The translations under genes and the position numbers were made by a program. From Toensbergia leucococca (taxonomy: Eukaryota), in the NCBI GenBank assembly GCA_022813965.1, contig JALDZS010000143.1:1-63092 (forward strand): 63,092 nucleotides of DNA, read 5' to 3'. The notes beneath the pieces are model-generated. The model did not search any database. It was given only the letters and a program-made list of their open reading frames with translations, and was not told where the DNA came from. Positions 12,460-23,402 of this stretch are shown in pieces; within the stretch, counting starts at the first letter, position 1; each line of letters opens with the position of its first letter.

Positions 12460-12760
12460 TTTGGATAGGGTGCGCTGGTATGGACGCTCGCATCGCCAGG
12501 TCAAGAATTTTTTGTTGGAGGCATTCAAAGGGAAAAAGTTCCAGAGCTCGGCTAGAATAAATAATTGTTCTCGTAGGGCTGCACCTGCTCGGCTGATATT
12601 CTATCGATAAGGAACTTCACACAACTTAGCCACGTGTGAGCTTGCTAACGACGACTGACAAACAAGCAGTCCAAACTCGGTAGAGCTACGGAGTATTGAG
12701 ACAACAATTGAGAAGAAGCCACCGATCTTGCACCATTCAATAACTGAACAGACCCCTATC

Positions 12761-15700
12761 ATGTCTGATGTTCGGAATTATCTGCTTACAGTCGACAATG
12801 ACGGACAGGCCGCAGAAGAGATCGCGCGGGGAACAGCGAACAGTATGTTAAGGTCTTGTTCATCTACGACATTGTCTAATTATGGCAAGGGCTCGAATTG
12901 AGGAGCTTAACGTTGATCGACATCGTCCAATCCATAGGTGAGTATATCAATGATGAAGATGCGACCGTCCGCTCCAAAGCCGTGAAATATCTTTCCCAGG
13001 TCATCGGAATGCTCTCTCCGGCGTTCCTTACAAGACAGGAAGTGCAGGTTCTATGCCAATTTTTGTGCGATCGCATCGAGGACGGAGGTGCCATTGGGGG
13101 CCTTAGGAAACTACTAGGATTGGCGAGATTCAACAGGGACATGGCAGCAATGACATTTAGAGCGTGAGTAAGTGGATCAAAGCGCCTCCATATACTCCTG
13201 CTACACATAGGAAAAGGACGAGCATTCCGGGGCACAGTTCAGCTTTGATGCAATATGAAACCCCGGAAGATGCCTATGACTTCCTAAAATGAAAAGACTG
13301 ACGCCGTTTTAGAATGTTGGAACACTTTCAGGACCTGCAAATTCATCCACAGTCACAGAGATTAAAGATTTTTGAGCTGCTCAATGACTTAATGTCACAA
13401 TATCGGTCTGCTCTTAAAGACATGGGGAATGAATCACTGGTCGGTATCATAGATCTTGTTAGCGGAGAGAAAGACCCTCGAAATCTGATGATTAGTTTCT
13501 CTGTCTTGAAAGTTGTTATAATCGAATGGGACATAGTTTCTCATGCTGAGGTACTGAGCGGACTACTCGAGGTCGTATAAATGTACTGAACTCTACTAGA
13601 CACTTTTTGATTCAGTGTTCTGCTATTTCCCGATTACCTTCCGACCGGTTCCGGGCGATCCATACGGCATTACTGCGCAAGACTTAAAAGTTCGCCTTCG
13701 AGACTGCATCTCAGCATCAGGATGCTTTGCTCCCTTCGCGTTTCCGCAACTGATTGACAAGCTAGATTCCACATCCCCAAGCGTAAGAGTCAGTGAGATA
13801 CTTACATTGATCTCTGTTCTAGCTGACATGTTCTAAGAAAGACGTCCTGCAAACCATTGGAGCATGTGCATCTTCGTATATGGTCACAACGATATCCAAT
13901 TATTCCACCACTCTCTGGGATTCGTTGAAGTATGAGATACTCAACGTCCAGGAAGAAGACGTTGCAGAAGAAGCCCTTTCCGCGTTGCAAGCCATAGCCA
14001 TTAAATTGAGCCGTGGACTGACATCTACTGATCCAAAAACATCACTGGCCCGATATCTTGCAACCATAACTAAGGAGTGCAATGATCAGCTTCAGGAGCC
14101 ACAGCATAAACAGGCAAAGCCAGTCGGCCAGATTCTTAGTTCTCTCGGAAAAGCATCTCCCGTCGCATTCTTTCTGATAGTGAAAGCTGTAGTCCCACCT
14201 TTAATAACGCTTTATCAGGACGCAGATAGCATATCAAAACAGAGAGCCCTCCTTGAGACATTGGTGCAAATCTTTGACTCAGCAACAGCAGTTTATGGCA
14301 ATACCAACACAGAAGTCTCGTTTCCAGACGCGAACAATCCACTAGAGCCTTTTAAAGACAGGCTGTTCGAGCTTGCTAGCCATGCTTTGATGAGTACTGT
14401 AAAGGAGGAGGTATCATTTCGAGTTGTAGCATTGAAGGGGTTGCTTCGCTTGTGTCTGATTTGCAAGTTTATGCAAGATAATGAAGTCGGCATGGTCGTT
14501 CAATACCTCGACGAGATAGTCTTGGCGGAAGATTTCAGTGGGCGAGACGTTCTCAAGAATGAAGCAATTCAGGCCTTGGTCGAGATATCTAAGACTAAAC
14601 CAAATTTGATCATGGACATTACTTTTCCAGCATTCATGGCTAGGTTGCCTGACTTCAGCACTTCGGAAGAACAGGATTATATCATCACGCTGGAGGGACT
14701 GGCGCGCTTGAGCGTTGAGAAGGCAATATCTGACACTTTGGTTCGGAGACTGCTCAACAAGCTGGACGTTGTTTTACGAACCGAGGGATCATCGGTATAT
14801 CCACAAGCCATCCTCTCCACCCTGTGTTATGTACTCGGCCAACGAGATCTTGTCCACGATCCTAATCTCGGGAGCTATTTTGAAAATATCACAGTCGCCT
14901 TTGTCAATCGGGCCGTAATGGCTTCCGCAGGGCATGGTCCTAGAACTGCCTTGAATGAAGAACCTACACTTGAAATACTGGGACGATTGGCAAATTTGAT
15001 CGTCCACGCCCTTGACACACACAAACAGACCTCCGTGGCAGCCCAGCTATACTCCCTGTTTGCAGATAAAGAGCTTTTCGTCCCCGTGCCATTTAGAGAT
15101 AACACACCAGATATGGAAAGATCAACGATGATTCTCTCCTGTCATTTGATGGCGGGTCTCAGCCGTGAGGCAAGTCATCTTCTATATTGACTGCGTGCGG
15201 TTCATGCTCATCTGTTTCAGGCTTCTCTACCGTATATTGATGCCGATAGCTCGGATATGAGTCCACTATTAAAGGAGTTGGTTAGACTTGCTCTTTCCGA
15301 AAATGCATTTACCACAAGGCAGAGTATCCTAAGACAGGTCGCTCTGCTTGTCAACAAATTCCTAGACGCGAAAGACGTTCATCATGCCACGAACATTCTC
15401 TGGAGTCCCTCAACAGGTCTATTCGAAGCTGGGAATATATCGGACAACTCAATTCGTTGCATCTTTTGGATCGGGAAGGCGTTAATTCTCCGCCTTGCCA
15501 GTGTGGACGAAGTGCTTGGGCGTTTACTTGATCTACTTCATGATGCAACGTATGGTTTGGCAGCCGCTCGTGGATTCGCGCTTCTTCTTGCGCCCGATGA
15601 GATACTGTCAAAGACGAACGGGGCAACGATACGGCTGCTGGCTAAGCAAAGAGTCTTCAGTATTTGTGTTCCTAGTATCGCTAGAAATTTTGGACAAGCG

Positions 15701-16214
15701 AACAAAGGCGTTAAACCGAATTACCTCATTGCTTTGTCAGGTATACTTAAGAATATACCCACAGAAGTTGTCCTGCCAGAGCTCGACACTCTTCTTCCAC
15801 TCCTTTTACAGAGTTTGGATTTACAAGATCCTGATGTCAAAGCCGCAACTATTGAGACTTTGACCGTTGTGGCTCAGGAGAGTCCAAAGGCGGTCGAAGA
15901 GCATGTTTCGAGTTTAGTAGGTCGATTAATGAAGGCGGCTGGGAATCCTGAAGTCGATGTACCGGTAAGTGCCGGGGTATTTTTACGTAGCAAGCGCTGA
16001 TCGCTGATCCTGAAGACAGAGGGTGCGCTTGAATGCGCTCTGCTGCTTGCGTGTTTTTCCAGGGAGGGTCAAGGAAAGTGTACTATTGCCATACAAGAAT
16101 GCTGTGACGTGGGGATTGAAGGCTGTTTTGGATGATCCAAAGAGATATGTGAGGAAGGAAGCAGTCGCCACCAGGGCAGCGTGGGAGCTAGATGATCCTG
16201 AGGGTCAAGATTGA
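12761..16214 (+). CDS. MMS19: MMS19/Met18, HEAT-repeat CIA (cytosolic Fe-S assembly) targeting factor
   Basis: GEKDPRNLMISF, FCYFPITFRP, ITAQDLK..LR, LLPLLLQSLD, VLDDPKRYVRKEAV. Multiple introns, including 13164-13312 and a GC-AG intron at 15170-15220. Confidence 0.93.
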
Positions 16215-16413
16215 TTATGCTTTACTCCGTACATATGTTGCTATCGAACTCGCTGGGAGCACCACGTATTTGACAAGCAACGGTGCCGCGGTGAATGTTG
16301 TAGTTCCACTCAAGCGACAATAGTTTTTAACTGATCGTGAGATAGGCTCGATAGGCCTCGTATCCTCTACTTACCAAGGTAGATTTATTACTTGCGGTAT
16401 GGTGATTGTTTTA

Positions 16414-16937
16414 GGGTACTAATAAAGGCTACTGATTCATCTACACCTTCCCCCCTCCCCCCCAAACTATTCTAGTGCCCGGGCGCAGAATCACCGAGGG
16501 AAATATTATCATTCTGCACCACATTTTGCCTCGATTCTCTACCACCTTTGCATGTCTTACACCTCATGATTCCGCGTGCCATCTACCACCTCCACTGCAG
16601 TAGGGAATCATCCTGATATTGTATCACATTTTCACCTAATTCTTCACCCCGCAATACCATGGATTTCACCATGGGATTTTCATGATTTTGGAAGGAGGTC
16701 GATGAAATCATGATTTCTTGCGCCCGCGGGATGATCGTGCGACCGGGGGTGAGGGAATCAATATAGGATGTGGTACAAAAGCATGGTTTTTCTCCCAAGT
16801 AATTTAGCTTCTAGATGGCACGCAAATGGAACACGTAAATGGCTTGCATGGAGGTAGAGAGTCGAGGCAAGATGTGGTGCAGAATGATAAAATTTCCCTC
16901 GGTGATCTTGCGCCCGAGGGGGTAGTTATCAGTACCC
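16414..16937. mobile_element. Non-autonomous foldback/MITE element, 524 bp, 8-bp TSD (Mutator- or hAT-like)
   Basis: Termini GGGTACTAATAA (16414-) and TTATCAGTACCC (-16937). TSD TTGTTTTA at 16406-16413 and 16938-16945. ~105-bp subterminal inverted arms at ~16478-16585 and ~16812-16917. Confidence 0.88.
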
Positions 16938-17189
16938 TTGTTTTATCTACCCCGTAAAGAGACTGAGACATCATCTTGAGCTACTAGCGTGGATTACGGA
17001 GACGTTGGCTGTCGTCATTTGGTATTTTGCTGTTCTCAACCACTTAGGAAACCGCAAAAACATGTCCTTAGACAACTCTGGACACAACATCTGTAACACA
17101 AGATAGAAGCCCATTCTTCTAGCAATCCGTATTGCAATAATAATTGGCCGCTTTATCAGGGAAGACTTCTCACTACGGCGCCGCTCACA

Positions 17190-18126
17190 ATGTCTACCAT
17201 CACCGAATTCAATGAACCCTCCGACTTTCATAGCCATATATCCTCTCTGCCCTCCACCGCTCTCCTAGTTCTGTCCTTCCACACTCCCTGGGCAGCTCCT
17301 TGCGCGCAGATGTCTCTAATCCTCCGCACCCTTGCCTCTTCGTATCCACCTCAGATACCTCCGGTTATCTCCTTTGTCAGTATCAATGCTGAATCTCTCC
17401 CGGACATCTCAGAATCTTACGACGTCGCCGCTGTGCCATATCTTGTTCTGCAGCGGGATGGTAAGGTGTTGGAAAGCGTGAGTGGGAGCGATGCGGGGAA
17501 AGTGCGTGATGCTGTGGAGAGGCATGCCGGTAAGGGGGGAAATACTGGGAAGGTGGGACTGCCGCCCGCGTTGGAGGCCGAACCGGAATCGGAAGGGCAG
17601 ATAAATGGTGGAGCGACTAAAGACCTGAGCGGGTATGCACCCACAGCAAACGACCCAGCAACAGCACCTGAGATGTCATCAACGAAAGGGCAGACGGAAG
17701 AGTTGAACAAGCGCTTGGGAGAACTTGTAAAGGCCGCGCCGGTCATGTTGTTCATGAAGGGGACTCCGAGTACGCCACAGTGCGGCTTCAGTAGACAGCT
17801 TGTAGGGCTTTTGAGGGAGAAGGGAGTAAGGTATGGGTTCTTTAATATCCTAGCAGACGAGGAGGTAAGGCAGGGACTGAAGTTGTGGGCGGATTGGCCG
17901 ACTTTTCCACAGTTGTGGGTTGGTGGTGAGTTGGTAGGGGGTTTGGACATTGTGAGTCTTCTTCCTTTCTCGGTGATCCTGTCCCAAGTGCTGAACGAAA
18001 GATCAACAGGTAAAAGAGGAATTGGACAATGATCCGAACTTCTTCGATAGCTATGCAGTGGAGAAGGGAAAGGGAGGAATGGCAGCGCCTGATGTGCAGG
18101 TACAACCAGCGGCCGCCGCGGTGTGA
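17190..18126 (+). CDS. GRX4: Multidomain monothiol glutaredoxin (Grx3/4/GrxD; Trx + Grx)
   Basis: Trx domain with WAAPC; Grx domain FMKGTPSTPQCGFS, WPTFPQL, GGLDI. Intron ~17952-18009; stop TGA 18124-18126. Confidence 0.95.
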
Positions 18127-19630
18127 ATGGGTAGCTTCGTATGACACGAAACGATGGTGATGAAGATAGAAATAGACGACAGGATGACCAGCTTGCAGCT
18201 ATGATTTTTAAATTAAATGCATAAAGCGTTGAAAACTAATTGCAATCCCATGTAATAATCCTCAACCACGATGCAATTCACGATGACCATGGTTGATTCG
18301 TCCGACTTCGTTGATTGGGAATTCTACATCTTGGAACTTGCGCGCATTCGCAGCCTTATGCATTGTCATCGTTCTCATCACTTCAGCATCCTTCATTCTA
18401 GTCCTATTCTTGTTCGTTCTGAGACTGATGTCAGTCTCATACTCTTCTGGGGCTTCAGATTCTTGACCAAGGACTCTTAGACCACATTTGAAAGCATACG
18501 TGTCTACGTATGCTCCCCTTCTTCGCTCCCAAGTGCTTTCCTCTCATATAGGACTCGTCGGTAATCCAAAATGACACACGTGCATTCCTGCATCTTGGTC
18601 TAACATAATATATATGCATACTCTATCAGTTCCCAACAAGCCTTGGGGAAACCACAAAATTTGCATGAACTCAAAGATCCGCGCAAGTCTGATATGGCAT
18701 AGGAAAAGGTCTTGGAATGGGGGAACTCCAATTCATCGCCTGGAGTCTTGATCGGCGTACATCTCTCTGATCAAAAGTCAACAAAAGGCCAAGTGTACCG
18801 ATACCATTGACCATCGAGATATTACGGCAGCAAAAAAAGTATACACTTCAAACACTTTAAAGCCATCACCGAAACGACTTTTACCACCACGAATGGCTGC
18901 TTTCCGCGAATGAAGAGTTTGGAGATCAGAAGATTTTGCCACGCACAATAGACCTTGATGCATTCCTGTTGTTGTGACGTAAAAATGGCAATTCTTGCCA
19001 AAGGGGTAGATCGTACGTCTCATGTAGGCTTACGAGAGGTGTTCCGTAGTGGCCTAATGCGAATCACAATGCGAGCCACTGAATTCGGGTTCGATAGAAC
19101 CAAGGATAGAACCAAGGATAGAAAAATGATACTAGAGCGTGCAGACGACGAAGAGCAGTATGAACAGAAAAGGAAAACAACTAAAAGCGTAGTCAACTGT
19201 CAGATTTTCATTGGTCAATACATCTCGGTACCATCAAGTGCGCCCCGAGTCTACCACGACCGGGTCGTGCGAGTGTAGATTGTGGAAAGACGGCAGAGTA
19301 TGATGAGAACTGTGTAGAGGAATAAGTACTGATATGGTCTCTTCCACGCTACCTGGAAGTACCATCCTTCGATACTTGCAACGATGTTTTTCGGAATAAT
19401 TATACGGTCAAAAGTCTCTGCATTATGGACTGGTCAATACGAGGGGAATGAGCAAGCATTGTGGAGGGAAGCTGCATGGAACGTGTTCCAGGCGCCATTG
19501 ATGTCGGCAGGAAGTTGTTTGAGCCCCATATATTTGCTGTGACGAGATATGAAGCTGCAAAGATGCTCGATTGAATTTCAGATTTGACAGAGGTCGGCAG
19601 TGCGACACCCCACGAGCGAGCCCACTTCCT

Positions 19631-20064
19631 TAGCCGGTTGTAAAATCGTCGAGAATCTCTTGGCATTTTCTTTGTGCCCCCCTCCTCTTAGAATATGTAT
19701 TTTTTGGAAAACAGTAAATAGAACTTGAATCAAAAATCATATTCAGGCAGATTGTAGAGCTTTGTTACGCGATTCTATAGGAACAGGATTTGGTCAAACA
19801 CTATTAGCATTCATGAAGATATCCTCAATAAAGGTTTCTTGAGGTTGATGGGGTCGTGAACAGGCCTGAACATCAAGATTGATTCATCAACTCAAGAGGT
19901 TTGACTATTTTTTGCTGCGACAGAATCGCATGATCAAACTCTACAATCTGCCTGAATGAGATTCTTGATTCAAGTTCTATTTACTGTTTTCCAAAAAATA
20001 CATATTCTGAGAGGGGGGCACAAAGAAAATGCCAAGAGATTCTCGACGATTTTGCAACCGACTA
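19631..20064. mobile_element. MITE with ~146-bp terminal inverted repeats (434 bp)
   Basis: TAGCCGGTTGTAAAATCGTCGAGAATCTCTTGGCATTTTC... (19631-19776) is near-perfectly inverted at 19922-20064. The ends can be read either as a TA TSD or as a CCT TSD (19628-30 / 20065-67). Confidence 0.9.
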
Positions 20065-20190
20065 CCTTACTTAGCTGGTGGCCCAACGACTTTCACAGCT
20101 CGGTAAGGTTCACAATGATATCCGTATCTGAAAATCATCCGGATACTCAAAAGTAAAAGACTTACGAACACCTGAGGGTGCATCAAATGG

Positions 20191-21311
20191 ATGTCTGGAG
20201 GTGGAGAGCACCTCAAACATGAGGTAGACAGTCTACGAAACCTTGAGCTACTGGAACTTTGCTGATGCAATAACAAAGGCTTCAAAACAGCAGGTTGTGA
20301 TCGCCGGAGCTACTGCGGGATTGATATCACGGTGGGCATATTTGTCCAAGAGGATTCTTCACACCTCGGTCGACGCTGAAGCCCACAAAGGTTTTGCATC
20401 GCACCCCTCGACGTGGTGAAGATTCGCCTTCAGCTCCAAACTCATTCTCTCTCCGATGCTCTTTCTAGCCGCAGCATAGTCGGCTCCGACCACATAGGAA
20501 CCTTTCAGACCTTCAAAACTATATTTCGCGACGAAGGTGTTACGGTATGTTACTCGCATACAGCTCATAGTATACTCTCTTATAGTTGACTGTCTCTCTT
20601 GACTAGGGATTCTGGAAAGGCAATATCCCGGCCGAGCTCCTGTACGTTACCTATGGCTCTATTCAATTTTCGGCTTATCGCCTTACCACTCGAATGTTGA
20701 ATCCACTCCATCTCCCTACCCAGCTTGAGTCGTTCACGTCTGGAGCCTTCGCTGGCGCAGCGGCAACAACGTTGACTTACCCCCTTGATCTTCTCCGAAC
20801 TCGTTTCGCAGCCCAAGGGCCCGATAAGGTTTATTTGAGTGTTCTGGGTAGCATAAAGGACATTGCCCGCGATGAAGGAGCACGAGGTTTCTTTCAGGGA
20901 TTGAGAGCCGGCATAGTCCAGATCGTGCCCTACATGGGCCTCTTCTTCAGTACCTATGAAACCCTTCGCCCGGCTCTAGCAACTCTCTCCCTTCCCTTTG
21001 GATCAGGAGATGCGACGGCGGGCGTGCTGGCAAGCGTAATGGCCAAGACAGGAGTCTTTCCACTGGATCTGATCCGGAAGCGGTTGCAAGTGCAGGGCCC
21101 GAAGAGGGAACTTTTTGCCGGAGGAAGGGTCCCATTGCATGGGAGAGGAGTTTGGGATACTGGAAAGAGAATCGTTGGGAGGGAAGGTTGGAGAGGGCTG
21201 TACAGTGGACTTGGCGTTGGGCTAGTGAAAGCCGCACCGGCGAGCGCAGTTACAATGTGGACCTATGAGACCGTATTGAGGTTAATGATTGAATGGGAAG
21301 AGAAAGAGTGA
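20191..21311 (+). CDS. TPC1: Mitochondrial thiamine pyrophosphate carrier (SLC25A19/Tpc1)
   Basis: Spliced [95 protein letters not shown] (three mitochondrial-carrier repeats). Confidence 0.88.
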
Positions 21312-21745
21312 TAGGTGTAGGGGAAGTAGCTCATGGGATATGCAATCATACTCCCGTATAAACCGGTAGTCATACTACCCGCTGTTCTAACTGGAGCCTC
21401 CCGACTTAGATCGTTGGCTCTTTTGTCTCAGCAATGCTGAGTATATCACTTTCCCGCGCATCACATATTGCTCTATCTATTAGCTTTGAGTTTTTAGATG
21501 CTATGCAAAAGTTTTTTGGGAATTCCATATACAAGGTAATTCAAAAGGTATAGGTTGTACCTGTCAAACGACAAGGCACTTTAAGTGCTGGGTAGGTCAG
21601 GGTTCACAGCATCTAATCCTGAATGAATTGGCTCTTACTAGTGAAACGTGCATCCTCTTCGCAAGGACAAAAACACATATGTGAGAGCTTGAAGCAAATT
21701 TTCATGCAATAAACCCAGAATGAGAGCCTCATTTTCGGTGCTTTT

Positions 21746-22852
21746 TCATGTTGGGCTTTTCCCGTGCGTTGAGAAGGCTGTATCCATCTCGAGCTGCTCG
21801 AGACCAGTCCGAAACTTTCGTGACATTTCCTTGGATGGGAGTCCGACATGTCCGAGAATCATTCGTAGACGCCCGAGTGCAGGGTGACTGGGCAGAAAAA
21901 CACTTTTTCCTTCCAGAGCACCCCTGATCCCCTCCCGGAATTCCTGGACCAGTGGTAGTACATCCCCCCAGACTTCATCTTGATATGTAGTCAACATATC
22001 AAGCCAGGGCTGAAGATGGTCGTTTGTCGACGATGAGATACTGGTTGCGTATACATTACTCTTGTTTGTATGTGACACCGTAGTGGTAAAGGTCACGGTG
22101 TCACTGGTCTCAGGTCCTAGGGATGGAACCGTGAAAGTGGGCAGGAGATCGAACGGACTAACGTGGAACACATGAGGGTTGGTAGACAAGCCTTGAAGTT
22201 CCGATCTACTGCCATTCGGACGCCCTTCGTAGGAATTTCTGACAAGGTCGTTGGTAGCAATGCTCCAAGTCATCGCGGGTTCATCTTCCACAGTAAAGTC
22301 TGGATCTGATAGCAATGCTACGACAGCCGCCCCATCCTGATTGGCACGAGCTTCTTCCCCAGCATTACTTTGACTCGCCTCGTGAAAGCGTGGCCCTAGT
22401 GAGCGCTGCTTCATTGCAACCGGAGGCCATGCAGCCTCCAAGGCGAATTGATAGGCCTGGCTTTGAGATGCAACGATCCCTTCGGAAATTGGAAGGAATT
22501 CGGTCTCATAAGATGAATTCATGAAGTCGTCGAAGTCGAACTGGGCATGCTCCTGATCGTCTCTGGGATAGGATGTTAACGAACGGAAAGAAGGTCTTGT
22601 TGATCGATCTAGACCGATGGGCTCGAGTTTTTGAGTCCAAGTATCCAGAGGTGAAGTCCGATAATGGCCAGCGGAGCTAGGGCCAGCATCACCTTTAGTC
22701 CTATTGGCTGTGGCAGAAGCCAACGACGAGGTCACGGTGCTTGAGCTGGATGGCAATAGAGAGTCTCGCACTAGGCCAACAGCTGATGCACCAAGTCTTC
22801 CAGCAAATGATGCTATTGCCTTGGAATCGGCCAGTTTTTCGTTTTGAGACAT
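21746..22852 (-). CDS. Conserved fungal hypothetical protein (368 aa, intronless)
   Basis: Long ORF with blocks that look conserved (RLGASAVGL, DGAAVVALLS, WLDMLTTYQDEVWGDVLPLV, ALGRLRMILGH) separated by low-complexity linkers. Function not recognised. Confidence 0.75.
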   Translation of the reverse strand: MSQNEKLADSKAIASFAGRLGASAVGLVRDSLLPSSSSTVTSSLASATANRTKGDAGPSSAGHYRTSPLDTWTQKLEPIGLDRSTRPSFRSLTSYPRDDQEHAQFDFDDFMNSSYETEFLPISEGIVASQSQAYQFALEAAWPPVAMKQRSLGPRFHEASQSNAGEEARANQDGAAVVALLSDPDFTVEDEPAMTWSIATNDLVRNSYEGRPNGSRSELQGLSTNPHVFHVSPFDLLPTFTVPSLGPETSDTVTFTTTVSHTNKSNVYATSISSSTNDHLQPWLDMLTTYQDEVWGDVLPLVQEFREGIRGALEGKSVFLPSHPALGRLRMILGHVGLPSKEMSRKFRTGLEQLEMDTAFSTHGKSPT

Positions 22853-23402
22853 TTCCTGCTATGAATGACTAGTACCAGGTATCCCAATAGCAATATCCAT
22901 TTGCTTGCCTTTCTAAAGAGTCCAAGGAATGGCCTTGATCAGTCATTTGACTGGGAAGACGCAGAGAACAAAGCTAGAAGAGATAGGGAAGTAAGATGGC
23001 ACACGAGGGCTCGGAGGGTTATTATATTATTTATTTACTCCGTAATGTCATGAAGATTGCATTTAGCGACACAACCTAGAACCACTGGAAAGAACCCCAC
23101 TACACTACTCTGTACCTAAACGCCATCATCGTACTCTGTTCTATCACACCGTATCCCTCCGCGTGTCCACACTTTTGTTCTCTCCATCATTAAGCAGCGG
23201 GCTCTGTTCCTACGGAGAAAGCCACATTGGAAATTTGACCCGAATGTAACTGGTACCTTTGCATCTCCGTAGTGCACGAACGCCCGCCTTCACACTCAGG
23301 CACCTGCCGACTTTCCTGGACCTCGAACTTACCTTCGTAAAGAACTGAAGCTTCTCCTGAACTGTTGCATATAGCTTGCGTTGCTGAGGAGGGACTGAGA
23401 AG

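Noticed and set aside
12486..12545. PAC/RRPE ribosome-biogenesis motifs upstream of RPF2
   Set aside because: Only imperfect matches (GCGATGCGAG, AAAAAATTCT on the minus strand), which is not enough to call.
19081..19100. tRNA (GGTTCGA T-loop-like)
   Set aside because: No T-stem, acceptor stem or D arm.
20067..20610. TPP riboswitch in or near the thiamine-PP carrier gene
   Set aside because: I found no GCTGAGA...CTGAT/TAAT...GCG(T)AGGGA-type aptamer core in the leader or the introns.
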